From: Octopus bimaculoides
Lineage: Eukaryota
Direction of reading: 5' to 3'
Assembly: GCF_001194135.2 (NCBI RefSeq)
Contig: NC_068984.1
Coordinates: 44,471,177-44,535,176 of the forward strand
Length of the DNA stretch: 64,000 nucleotides
A program made the translations under genes and the position numbers. The notes beneath the pieces are model-generated. The model searched no databases, was not told where the DNA came from, and saw only the letters and a program-made list of their open reading frames with translations. Below, piece after piece: positions 37,422 through 51,415 of this stretch (positions are counted from its first letter, which is position 1; each line of letters starts with the position of its first letter).

Positions 37422-40400
37422 TGAGTTAGAGAAATTAAGGCCAATAGGCCAGATATAGTTGTCAAAGATCATGAAGGAAAAAAATGCTTTTTAATTGATG
37501 TATCAATACCAGCAGATGACAACGTTTCCCTAAAAGAAATGGAAAAACTTTCAAAATACAAAGACCTGGAAATAGAGGTAACTCGAATGTGGAATCTAAA
37601 AACAGAAACAATTCCTATCATAGTAGGCGCCTTAGATATAATAAAAAAATATTCAGACAAATACATAACAAAAACACCAGGACTTACAAATATATATAAC
37701 ATACAGAAAATTGCACTACTGGGCACTGCACACATCCTGCGCAAAACACTTTCAATACAGTAACCATAAGAGCATCACAGCAAACCACAGCACATACCCA
37801 AGGCACACAGAGCTGCGCTCGGTAGTGAAGTGAAAGCACGTTATAAAAATAATAATAATAATAATCTTTTCTACTCTTGGCACTAGGCCCAACATTTTTG
37901 GGGAGGGAGCCAGTCAATTAGATCGACCCCAGTACACAACTGGTAATTAATTTATCCTTTTCTATTACAGGTACAAGGCCTTAAATTTGGGGGAGGGGGA
38001 TAGTTGATAACATTGACTCCAGTACTCAACTGGTACTTAATTTATCAACCCCGAAAGAATGAAAGGCAAAGTCGACCTTGACGGAATTTGAACTCAGACT
38101 TTTCGTAGGATTTTCGAGCGAGGTCGTTGCCAGTGCCCCTGGACTGGCTCTTGTGTGGGTGGCACATAAAATACACCATTTTGAGCGTGGCCGTTGCCAG
38201 TACCGCCTGACTGGCCTTCGTAGGATTTTTGAGCGAGATCGTTGCCAGTGCCCCTGGACTGGCTCTTGTGTGGGTGGCACATAAAATACNNNNNNNNNNT
38301 TGCCAGTGCCCCTGGACTGGCTCTTGTGTGGGTGGCACATAAAATACACCATTTTGAGCGTGGCCGTTGCCAGTACTGCCTGACTGGCCTTCGTGCGGGT
38401 GACACGTAAAAGCACCCACTACACTCTCTGAGTGGTTGGCATTAGGAAGGGCATCCAGCTGTAGAAACTCTGCCAAATCAGATTGTTGGCTGGTGTTGCC
38501 ATCCGGTTTCACAAGTCCTCAGTCAAATCGTCCAACCCATGCTAGCATGGAAAGCGGACGTTAAACGATGATGATGAATAATAATAAAGGTTGCTTAAAC
38601 TCAGTCAGAGAGTAAATGCAAACAGATCGATAGCAACATTTTCCTTTCATGGTAAAATATGCACCTAATTCAATAAATTCATGAAGGTTACTCTGATTAC
38701 TATATATAAAATACAAAATATTTTTATTTTTTTACTGATTCATCATCATCATCACCGTTTAACGCCTGCTTTCCATGCTAGCATAGGTTGGACGATTTGA
38801 CTGAGGACTGGTGAAACCAGATGGCTACACCAGGCTCCAATCTGATTTGGCAGAGTTTCTACAGCTGGATGCCCTTCCTAACACCAACCACTCCGAGAGT
38901 GTAGTGGGTGCTTTTACGTGTCACCTGCACGAAGGCCAGTCAGGCGATACTGGCAACGGCCACGCTCAAAATGGTGGCCACGGCATAATTCGTCCCTGCC
39001 TTTCAATCTCAATATTTAAGCTATGCATAATACTGCTGTAGTACACGTGCTATGTACATTCCTACAACAACGTTTTTTTTTTTACGTGCTACAAAGGCAG
39101 AAGTAAATCTGCCTTCAACTCAGTCACGTGCCTGTGTTTTATTTATTTTTTTGTGTGTTTTACTACATAAAGGTCACCAACTGCCTACCCTGAGTAATTA
39201 CTGATGGCACATGCCTGACATACACATTCGCAGAAATAAGACACGTAAATAATTCCCTTATACAGAAATTGAAAGTATATCTCTTACCTTCTTCTTTAAC
39301 AGTATCTGTGCCATAGAATTTTATTTCACAGCTAGGACATGTCCACTGTAACCACAGAGACAATTTCACTCCCTCTGCATAAGAGTCATCCTCCATTTCC
39401 TGATCTCGAATAGGTGTGGCTTCTCGGGAAAACTCTCCAGATGTCTCTGTAAAACCAGTGACATCCACATCGTTTGATATGCTGGTACTGTATGTTTGAG
39501 CATGGGTGTGGCTATGAGAGAATACAGATGGGTTTTGTTGATTGGTGAGATCTTTCTGATTAGGTTTACTAGCAGCCATTTCTGTGGCAGTGGTCACTTT
39601 CTGGCTAGAAGCCTTTGGGATGGACAGAGTAGATATTTTGCTACCTTCTACAATTAATTGATTTAGAACAGAAATACAAAGTTGAACCTGAAAGAACAAT
39701 AAATAGATATTTCCATAATTCAAAACTACCAAATATACTTCATTGTAAGTAGCATCTAAAACCAAACACTTAATAAACCTAATTTGTGCAGCTATTAGTT
39801 GAGGTAATAAAATGTTCAAAGTGCAACTCATCAAGTAATCGAAGATTATTAAACTTCATGAAGATTTTGATGTTTATCATGTGTAATGACATGTGTTAAA
39901 GATCACGATAATGCTGCGATGGAACATAATTCTTCAGTTTGTTTTATCCATTAAGAATAGGGTTATTCTGTAGTATTGACTGTTATAGTAATGTTATAAT
40001 TCAACAGAAAGAAAACTGAACATTATAATGATATTATGTATCAATGTTAGAAAATGTTAATATTATAATTATTCAGCACCTTAAACACTTACATTCAACT
40101 TCTTCAATACAGTTTTGCAAATGAGATAGAGCTTTTGTTCGTGAGAAATTTCAGAAATTAGTGTGGTTATTTTGTGGATGAAGGTACAATGATGAATGTT
40201 AACGGCCTGGGGTATGTTTATTGTTCTGCATTTAGAGAGCAGCAACTCTTATAGAGTCAAAGAAAATGGCTTACCTGTTTGAGAGAACAAGCAAACTTCA
40301 TTATGTGCATGTCAAGATGTAGACACAAGGCTAGAGAAGAAATGTTGTCAGATGCGGGAGGATGGTATTTTGTTGACACAGCTACTGTACATGACACACT

Positions 40401-43400
40401 GCCAGGCTTCACTAGAGAGAAAGCTTTCTTCATTGGGTGTAAACTGTACATGGAATAGTTGCTAACTGTGATAGTCCATGGTAACTTGTCACCTACAATC
40501 AACAGAAATCACAGTAAAGAAATTACATTTCATTACAAATATTCAACAAGTGAAACTGAATAATTTTAATCTTTACTATTGCTATTGATGCGTGTTTTTT
40601 GTTTGTTTGTTTGTTTTTTTTCTTTGAATTAGATTATTGTAACATATCAGTATTTGAAATGATGAATCTAAGAAGAAACACTGAAATTTTAATAACAACA
40701 ACAGAATAAACAAGACAGTGTAAACGGTTAAGAAGACAGAAAATACATAAGGGTACTGAAAAAACATAACTGTTAATTCATTGTATTAATTATTAACTGA
40801 AACAATTCAGTTAATCCTAAAGTAATAGACACAATTAACTGACAAAGAACAAAGCCAATTATTAATGTAGACATTTCTAATTTTATCATATTTAAACTAA
40901 ATTATGTTGTAATTTATTATATTATACAGTGTCAAAAAACTTAGTTGCACTTCAGCAAGTCTAGTCACTAACACAGCAACTCCTCTACACATCAAGTCAC
41001 TTGACAAACTAACACTCCTCCTCAGCTGAATGGAAGTATGGTAGGGAAGGAAGCAGCTTTATGCTAGGTGTTGAAAGGTTAAAATATGACAGAACAGGAA
41101 CAGGTTTCTTAGAGTAGAGCAAATATCTCACACTATATAAAAGCAGGTTGGAGTAATTGGGTTAGAACTGGAAAGAGAGATGATGATGATGATGATAAAG
41201 TGTTAGAGTTATCTAAAGGTACAAGAGGATACATAAAAGAGAGTGAGAGAGAGAAAGATAGGGTGAAGGTGATCAGAGAAACATAAGAGTCAATAAAATG
41301 TCATTTATGGGAAAGGAAGAGATAAATGGTCACACAAAGAGGGTAATCAATGAAAAATGTGAGTAGGGAGGGACAGTATTACAAATAGATGACAAAGAAA
41401 GTATTTCAATACATACCAAGAAGTGAACCTTCAAGACTACGGACAGGAATATCTTGCATCATAAATATTGAACGTGGTCCAGAAGTATGTACAGTGATGT
41501 GTGGAAGACATACAACCAATATATCACAAGATAATCCAGCATTAAAAGCATCTTTAAGATTGCCTGGTATATCCATGTTTGGTTCAGACTGAAGCATGCT
41601 TTTGGTTGGGAAGAATACAGACCATGGCTGTAGGGTGATCTGTTAAGATTTTAAATAATAATTACTTTTAAATAAATATTCTAAATGATATAAAAATAAT
41701 TCTAACAGCAAACTTTTTCAAAGATTTCATCAAAATTATTTAAACATGATAAAAGATGCATGTGTATACAAATAAATATGCCTTTATTGTTGTATATTTG
41801 CAGATTTTAACAACAGAATACACTTGAATAACAATACTAAGAATATTAGAGAAATACAATATGCCCCTGTTAAATCCCTTTCCTCCCCCTCCCCCACTTC
41901 CAGCCCCCATTCTCTTTTCGAAATCTTGTGAACACACCCACCTACCCACTCCCTCTAATTCTCAGTTCATTTTACTGTGAAATCGTAGTTATGGCAGATA
42001 CTGGTGTCATGCAACTGGTACCCATGCCTGTGACATGTAAAAGTACCTATCATGCTCTTGGAGTGGTTGGCATTAGGAAGGGCATCCCACCATAGAAACC
42101 ATGCCAAATCAGCCTGTGCAGCCTCTCAGCTTGCCAGACCTGGTCAAACTGTCCAACCCATGCCAGCATGGACAACGGACGTTAAATGATGATGATGATG
42201 ATGACACCACCATGTAACTTGAGTGTAGGGTCCCTGTCCTGCTTCTATCACATCTTCACCATCTCTCTCTCCTCTCTCCATTTGAGGCAGCCATATCTCA
42301 TTTAATGAAAAACACCTTTTTCTCATCCCTTGATATTACTCCACGCAATTGAGGGGGTCTTGTCCTGCAAGTTACTTGGTGACCACACTACTGCCAATGC
42401 CACATAAAAAGCACCCAGTACTCTGTAAAATGGTTAGTGTTACAAAGGGTATCCAACTATAGAAACTATTCTAAAATAGACAGCAGAGCTTAGTGCAGTC
42501 TTCTGACATGTCAGCTCCTGTCAAACCATTCTACCCATGCCAGCATAGAAAACAGTTGTTAAATAATGATTATGATGATGATGATGGTGATGACATTACA
42601 ACCAACTGTAACTCACAAGCACGCTAGGTAACAAGTTTCAAGTATCTATGTAGTTGTAAGCAAACATAGGCACCTTCTAAGGCCCCTCAATTTTGTCCTA
42701 GTGGTGCAGCTATGATGTGAGAACTGGAAAGAGACAGAAGGTGGGGGAGAGATGCAGCAGCACCTGAATGGTGCATATTTACAGCTGAATAGTGGAGTAA
42801 ATAAAATAAAGTGACTTGCTCAAGGACACAATATGTCGCCCAGTTCAGGACCTGAACCCACTACCTTATGACCATGAGCCAAATCCCTTAACCCACTAGG
42901 CTACATGCTTTCACATTATAGATCTGAAGAGTATTTTTTTCTACAACTTAGGCTTTTTACACAAGATGATGTTACATATTCACAAATCAAAGCGTTACAA
43001 TTTAAATAAGTACATAAGAACATTATCACAAGCACAAGCAAGTTTCGTTTCACAATCACAAAGTTCCAGTCATCTCCCTTTGTTTGACCCAAGCCTTGTG
43101 AATGAAAATGAGTACATGAAAACTATTTGGAAGCCCAGCTTCCACATACTACCTGTTCTGAGTTAGTAGGCATAATCTTTTTCTTTCTCTCTCTCTTTCT
43201 TTCTATCTCTTTCACTCTGGCTGGGTAACCATGTACCTCTACAGCACGAAATCTCTTTCTGTCTCTGTCACACTAACCTTTCATCATCTGACACGCCTGT
43301 GCTGGTACCACGTAAAAAGCACTCAGCCCACCTTCAGGGTGGTTGGTGTTAGGAACGGCATCCAGCCATAAAAACCATGCCAAAACAAACACAGAAGTCT

Positions 43401-46400
43401 GGTACAGTCTCCGGCCTGGCTAGCTCCTGTCAAACCATCCAACCCATGCCAGCATGGAAAGCAGACATTAAACAATGATAATGAATCAGTTGGCCTACTT
43501 AATATAACCTGGCCCTTGCGTGTCTTTAATGGAATCACTTCAGTTATAAGCATTTGGATCAGGTCCCTGGTTTGAATGCTTATAATTGAATGCTTCAACC
43601 CTTTGCCTCCTAGGGACCCTGCAAAAAAGTAATGGCTACTGTCCTTCTTCAACCAAACATTAAAAACACGAATAATTAATGAAGATTTTGTCCTCCTACC
43701 TGAAGCTGCATGATGCGCAATAATGGGAAATGTTTGGCCAGTCTGTTACCTAGGTTGTCACTCTGAGAAAAATCCTCACATTTTCCTGATTCTGGGATGT
43801 TTTCTTTAGGTTGTTGAGATGCAGACTGTGTTTGGGTAGCTGACTGACTCGGACCAGTTACTGTTGTAGGATGACATGTGGAGCTACTAGATGCCACTGA
43901 TGCTGAAATAGTATATGATACAGATATTGCAATATTTAATATCAACAAGTGATGGGGTATCTCTCATTTTAATGTTATATCTCCAAGAACATTTTGATAT
44001 TCAAACCATTAGCAAATTTTTGATTACTTAATCCAATCAACAATTAGAAGCAAACAAGTGAATTTCCAATAAAATTTCTTCACCAAAGACCCCATAATCA
44101 AATACATTTTCCAAGATCTTATTGTTAATTTGATTTTTAAGAGCTCATCATCAAATGTATTTTCCAAGACAACTTAGTCAAATGCATTATTTTTAATCCA
44201 TAGTCATTATCATTTTCCAAGACTATACAGTTAAATAAATAGTCCAAGACTCCATACTCAGATACCTCTCTGAAGATCCCATAGACAAATACACATTTCA
44301 GTCCTCTTTCTATTCTAATAACACTTCTGCACCAATACCTTGCACATATTTCCATCTCAGTACCAAATTTAAATATAACATACTTTGTTGTATAGTATTG
44401 ATGAAACCTTTACTAGTTTTTTGTATCTCAAAAACTCTGGTACTGTTTCCATAGGAAATTCAGAAAAAGGTTTTTGTTCCACATAATTTTTGAAATCCTA
44501 ATAAAAATGATTATACTGAATAAAGCAAGATTATTTATGTAGTATAAAGTAATCTGAACAAAGGCACTGAAATCTAAACAATAATTTACAAACAGCAACA
44601 ATGGTTGAATCTAAAATTTCATGTTTCTAAAAATGTTACATTGTTTTAAAAATATTCTATTTACTGTAGAACAGAAACAATTTAAAACAAAAAAAAAAAT
44701 GAATATATCACCATGTAACCCTTAGTAGGATAGTATTGTAAGTGCACACTAAAATATCCTAGACAGCATTCCCCAAAAGAAAGCCATCAGACTGATTGGC
44801 AAGAACTCACTCATGCTTCTAGCCCACATGTGCACAGACTCTTTTGTTACCATATTTCTATTGAGATGCTCTGTGTTTCTTTCAATTAATTTGAAATATA
44901 ACAAAGAATTTAGTAAAATAACTTAGTTATCATTAAGCTAGTGTTAGGTTCATTAATTGTGACTAAGATTTGGTGGAAGATATTAATTCAGAACTTTTGA
45001 AAACAAGACATTTGTACTACAGAGCGAGAGGTGGTTTCAGGTGGGTTGGTATCAAAAGGGTTAATCTGTCTCCTATATTGCTACTACAGAACTAGCTATC
45101 TGCACATAACTTTCAGTGAATTGCCACCCCTGAACTCTTCTCTCATCACACAGTATTTCCTCCTCCCTAGCCCATCATTAAGAATTATTTCCACTCCTTC
45201 TTCCATAAAACATCAACCTTCTCAAATTCTTCTCTTGCTCGTATTTTTCCTAGTCACTCACTCACGGCTGTTCAAGATGAACATCTCCAAAATCAATATA
45301 GCCAATCTTGAAGGAACTGAGCTGGTCTTTAACTCTTTCGTTACTAACCCGGCCGTAGCTGGCCGAAAAAATTTTTGGTTCATAAGACTAACCCGGCCGT
45401 AGCCGGCCGAGCGTACCCATTGTTATTTAAATGTATATTTGAACCCAAATCTCGTTAGTACATTCATTAAAACACCTAATTTCACTTTGCAAACAGTTGA
45501 GTTATTGTCTCCGAGATTGTTTGGCGTGATATTTGAACTCAGTGAATTTTGGAAGATTTTTTTCCACATTTTTTGCGGTGTTGATTTTTTTCAACTTTGA
45601 AGATGGAGAGGAGTTTCATGCTATCAAGCAGTGATTCCGAATTTGAAGGTTTTTCAACAGAAGATATGGAGATATCGAAGAAAAGAATGAATGAGCTACA
45701 AAAGCACGTGGTGAACGATAATGAATCAGATATTTCTGTATCCGAAACTGAAATCAGCGATTCTGAAAGCNNNNNNNNNNNNNNNNNNNNNNNNNNNNNN
45801 NNNNNNNNNNNNNNNNNNNNNNNNNNNNNNNNNNNNNNNNNNNNNNNNNNNNNNNNNNNNNNNNNNNNNNNNNNNNNNNNNNNNNNNNNNNNNNNNNNNN
45901 NNNNNNNNNNNNNNNNNNNNNNNNNNNNNNNNNNNNNNNNNNNNNNNNNNNNNNNNNNNNNNNNNNNNNNNNNNNNNNNNNNNNNNNNNNNNNNNNNNNN
46001 NNNNNNNNNNNNNNNNNNNNNNNNNNNNNNNNNNNNNNNNNNNNNNNNNNNNNNNNNNNNNNNNNNNNNNNNNNNNNNNNNNNNNNNNNNNNNNNNNNNN
46101 NNNNNNGATGAAATACGGGCATTTTTTGCCATAAATATTATTATGGTATTGGACAGTTACCCAGAATAACAAATTACTGGAGCGATCAGGAACCTTTTGG
46201 CGATGAATATATTTCCAGTATTATGAACGAGTACGATTTGTGAAGCTGAACTAATATTTACATGTGAGAGACACTTGCAGTACCCCCCCCCCAGTACGTG
46301 GAGAACTTTGAGACAAAAATTATGCAATAGAATTGATTAAGAACCCTTTCTTTAATTATGTTCCAAATATCACATTAATATGTTGATAAATAAAAAAGTT

Positions 46401-49400
46401 ACAGGTGTTTAATGAGACTAGTCTAAATTCATGATTATTTCAGAATTTAATTGAAACTCATGAGGGGTGTATTTTGGTCAGAAATATAGTAACGAAAGGG
46501 TTAAAGAAATGACAGCTTCATTTTTATATAGGGTACCATCAGCAAACCTGTCGGCCAGAGCCCGACCCTCTTCAAGCTATTGACAACAGACATGTTATAA
46601 GTATGAAGAATGAATAAAGTGAGATGGTACAATTGAAAATTGAACCTGTGCAGTCAACTCGGTTGATTGGAAGGAGACCACCCATTTAGTGTTTGCACAA
46701 TATTCAACACACACAACTTCCGCTTACCTTGGGAGAGGTTTCTTTGTAAAGGTGATGTAGTCTGTACAAGTTCAGGATCAATAGTTACACTGGTTGTCTT
46801 TTGATGCTGCCTCTGTTGGTGAGTTACTTTCAAATTAACTTTACTCTTTGGAGTATAAGAAAGCCACTGATATATGGAAGAATCTAACATGATGGCCAAA
46901 CCACAGACATTCATCTGAAGTAATGCAGGAGCTGTAAAGAAAAAAAAAAAAAACATTTTTCAAAGATTAAGTTCCTGCTACCACAAAACATCAGTTTTTA
47001 AACTTAAGGAAGTTTTCTGAAAGTTACATACATGCATGTATATTTGTTTACATGTTTGAAGGGTCCAGCAGTCACTGTTTTTTTTTTTAAGACCTGTTGA
47101 GGCAAGCGAAAGCGAAATGGTCATGGCACCTGTGCCCAGCATCGCCTTCCTGGCACTTGTGCCGGATGGCATCTGTAAAGACATTCAAGTGAGATCGTTG
47201 CCAGTGCCGCCGAACTGGCTCCTGTGCAGGTGGCCCATAAAATACACCATTTTGAGCGTGACCGTTGCCAGTACTGCCTGACTGGCCTTCGTGCCGGTGG
47301 CACATAAAAGCACCCACTACATTCTTGGAGTGGTTGGCGTTAGGAAGGGCATCCAGCTGTAGAAACTCTGCCAAATCAGATTGGAGCCTGGTGTAGCCAT
47401 CTGGTTTCACCAGTCCTCAGTCAAATCGTCCAACCCATGCTAGCATGGAAAGCGGACGTTAAACGACGATGATATCTAACCCTTGTATAGTTACAAAATC
47501 ACAGTCATAATGTCATAATATTACTGAATGTTATTTGAACCAACAAAGAAATCACAAGGTTATTCAACATGTTTGAAATAGCAACTAAATCTCCCACAAA
47601 TAACACCTTTTTATTTTAATAAAAAAAAGCACTTTGTGAAAGTAATCCTGCATGCACTATGTGAGTATAATATATGGGACTGTCACTGCTAGAATGTCTT
47701 CATCCTAAGTTTGCTTGATCGGAGCAGACATGGTACTAAAGAACAACAAGGAAGACTCAAGGCTATTGTTACACACACAAACAAATCATATGGTACCTTC
47801 TGGTGTATCAATCTTTGATGGTAATTGAACAGTGAAACTGAGCCAGTCGACAGAGTCTAATGATGCCAAAGTTGGAGGAGCATTGCCGGAATAGAACAAC
47901 GATGATGTCACAGTTGTTGTTTGTGATGGTCCGGAAATTAAAGGGATGATGTATCCTTTGCCACCACCACCTCCACCTGTATAAACAAAACAAAAACAAT
48001 ACATTTAATGTTTCCACAAAATAACAACTACAGGACAGACAAAATAAACCTGAAGCTTAGTTATAAGTACTGTAGTATTAAAGAAATTAATGATAAAACA
48101 CCTAATATTGGAAGGGATACAAGTTTAATAACGGATAACATTTCCAAAAAGTAAAACAAAATCTGGTACCTTAGTATTTATGTGAGCTAAACTATATTAA
48201 ATTCAGTTTCCTGTACATGGTCACAAACAAAATATTTACAAAAGGCCCTGATGTATTCTTTTCTACTCTAGGCACAAGGCCTGAAATTTTGGGGGACGGG
48301 GCCCGTTGATTAGATCGACCCCAGTACACAACTTAATTTATCAACCCCGAAAGGATGAAAGGCAAAGTCGACCTCGGCGGAATTTGAACTCAGAACGTAA
48401 AGACAGACAAAATACCGCTAAGCATATTGCCCAGCATACTAATGTTCCTACCAGCTAATGTCCTCAAGACTGCAACCCTCCTGAATACACTCCCATCCAT
48501 TGTTATACAAACATTCAAATAGAGCATCAACTACCTCAATATCAATTGTCTAGGATGGCCAACAAAGACCATGGATATTACCCTCCTCTTTTAATTTATT
48601 GAATTTTTAAAGAGTAGGATTTTTGTTTTTTGTGTGTCAGTCTAAGAAAGAAGGGTAACACCCATATTTTTAGGGCCTCCTTTAAGTAAAATTAGGGAGA
48701 CTGATGTTGAGTTTGAAGATGAAAGATAGTTGGTTTATGACAATATATCTAAATGTCTAAAGAAAATGTTGCTAATAAGATTGTAATATTTTAAACTAGT
48801 AATTCCATCTCAAGAGATGAATCTTTTTCTAATATTCATAAAAACAGTTTCCATTGGTCTGATTTCTAAATGTCATCCTTGTTTCATTCTTGAATGTGCA
48901 CAGAATATCAGACTGATGGATAAGAATGTTTTCACCCTCAATTTCCTAATTCCAGTCCAGTCAGCAAATTTGAACACATAAGATAACTAATGGTGAACAG
49001 AAATCAAACTGATTGAAACATAGAGCAAATGAAAATATCAAACAACATGTCATCTCTTAGGATGTGACTGACAAATTATAATACATAAAGTTATAAATCT
49101 GTTTCTTTTTATTTATATATTTTAGCATTAATTCAAGGCTTGAACTGCTGACCATTGGTATTTAACTAATGCACTCTAATTGCTCAATGATTGCACCACT
49201 CAAAAGTTTAATTACAATTACTTACTGTTAACATACATGACAGCTTGGATACTAGTTAGTGTTCCTGTGAAAGCATTTGCAGACGGCGTGAGGCAACATC
49301 TCATTTCAAATGTACCCAACGTCAGTTCAAATAATGGCAGGAATTTATAGGAACTGCTACTGCTATCATGCTCTGCAATCAAATACATTTCAAATTTCAG

Positions 49401-50005
49401 TTTGTTGATGAATTACCATTGAATATTACAAAATGTAAGCTGAGTCACACACACAAAGTTGCATTAGAGTAAAATCATGGAGAAAACTACTTTCAGAATA
49501 AAGAGCTCTCAAAAATAAAATTCATCCACACAAAATAAAAACCAGCTAAGTGCTCCCCTAGGCACAAAAATCATGTTCTCTTCAATGAAGGGCTATGTTT
49601 GAAATGTCAGTAATTATATCGCTGCGTAGCATACTGACCTACAAAAACTTGACCTACAAACAACTTTCTCTCAAAGCAACTTGACCGACAAACAACTTTC
49701 TCTCAAAACAAAAAGGACAATTTTACTGCCTACTAGTCAAGAAGAACATCAGAAAGCTTTGGGTGTTGCCCTGCTTTCAGTTTACTCTTTTACTCTTTTA
49801 CTTGTTTCAGTCTTTTGACTGTGGCCATACTGGAGCACTGCCTTTAGTCGAGCAAATCGACACCAGGACTTATTCTTTGGAAGCCTAGTACTTATTCTAT
49901 CGGTCTCTTTTGCCGAACCGCTAAGTTATGGGGACGTAAACACACCAGAATCGGTTGTCAAGCGATGTTGGGGGGGTGGGACAAACACAGACACACAAAC
50001 ACATG

Positions 50006-50049
<44 letters not shown>

Positions 50050-51318
50050 TACGACAGGCATCTTTCAGTTTCCGTCTACCAAATCCACTCACAAGGCTTT
50101 GGTCGGCCCGAGGCCATAGTAGAAGACACTTGCCCAAGATGCCATGGTTGGTAAGCAAGCTACTCCTACGTCTAATTTGACAATGATATTAACAGAAAAG
50201 ATACCAGGATACACCAACCTACATGATATTGTTTAATATACATTTTATATCCCTACTACATTCATTAAGATCTATTTTTATCAGCCAACAAATAAGTTTC
50301 CATAAATATTTCACAACTTGAATTCAAAACAATGTGTAAACCTGGACCATCATAAGTGCTAGATTCATGTATTATTTTCCCTGAGGATACAAAATAACCT
50401 GGTGATTCAACTGCATCATAACTTAGAGAGATTCCCAATATCTTAACAGTAAGCCAAATTTCATTCAGGTTCTGTACAAAATCTTACAACATCAGCTGAA
50501 TGTTGCACAGAAGAGAGTATTATAAAAATTGTCAGCTAAAAACAATAAGCTACATTCAAACAAAAGTATGACTCTAAAATTCTAAAAAAAAGTCTACTGT
50601 ATGGAAAACTGACAGATGACAACTGAAATAACAGGAACTCAAGAAAATACTAAACATTCTAAATGATACACTAAGGAGTCACTTAAATAATCTCTACTTT
50701 GAAAATATAGTTATGAATCATATAATGCATCTTAACAGAGAATTATATACATCTCAAGGTGACATCATTTTTGAAAAAGTAAAATCACAGTATTCTACAA
50801 GCAAAGTTGCATAAGACATAGAAAGAGCTGTGCCAAAAAATTCTAAATACATGCCCCATAGTAGACTTTATGAGCGGCTAAGGCTGACTTTGTCGCACAT
50901 ATTTAAAGATGGAAAAACAAAGTTCTAAAAAAAAAAACAGGTGTTAAAACATAAATGATAAAAGCAAAAAACCTTTGTATTGTGCCATATCTTGGAACAA
51001 AGTGTCAGAAGCTTCTGAAGAGGCTGCATTTGGTTTCTTCTCAAGCCACGTCTTCCAGATGTTGAAAACAAAATGTACATGTGCCTTCTTAATGCTGAGA
51101 CTAAATTGAGGAACTTCAACCATATATTCAACAGATGGTAAATAAGGATTCTTCCTGAAAATGGATAAAATGGACAAGTAAATAAATCTGGAAGCACATA
51201 TCATATTCCTAGTAATCCAACCTCTTAAAAGGTTACACAAATTACAAAAACTAAATTTGTGATTTCTAGATAAAAAAAAATTGAAGTCTTGAAATTAGTT
51301 ATCTTTCCAATTTCAAAA

Positions 51319-51362
<44 letters not shown>

Positions 51363-51383
51363 CCTTTCTCTCTCTCTTTCCCA

Positions 51384-51415
<32 letters not shown>

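Noticed and set aside
38811-39041. Recurrent ORF MKPDGYTRLQSDLAEFLQLDALPNANH (also at 22157, 38045, 47087, 54739) that looks like a small gene family
   Set aside because: It is the antisense reading of the RTE 3' tail; copies diverge into unrelated frames and lack splice or gene context.
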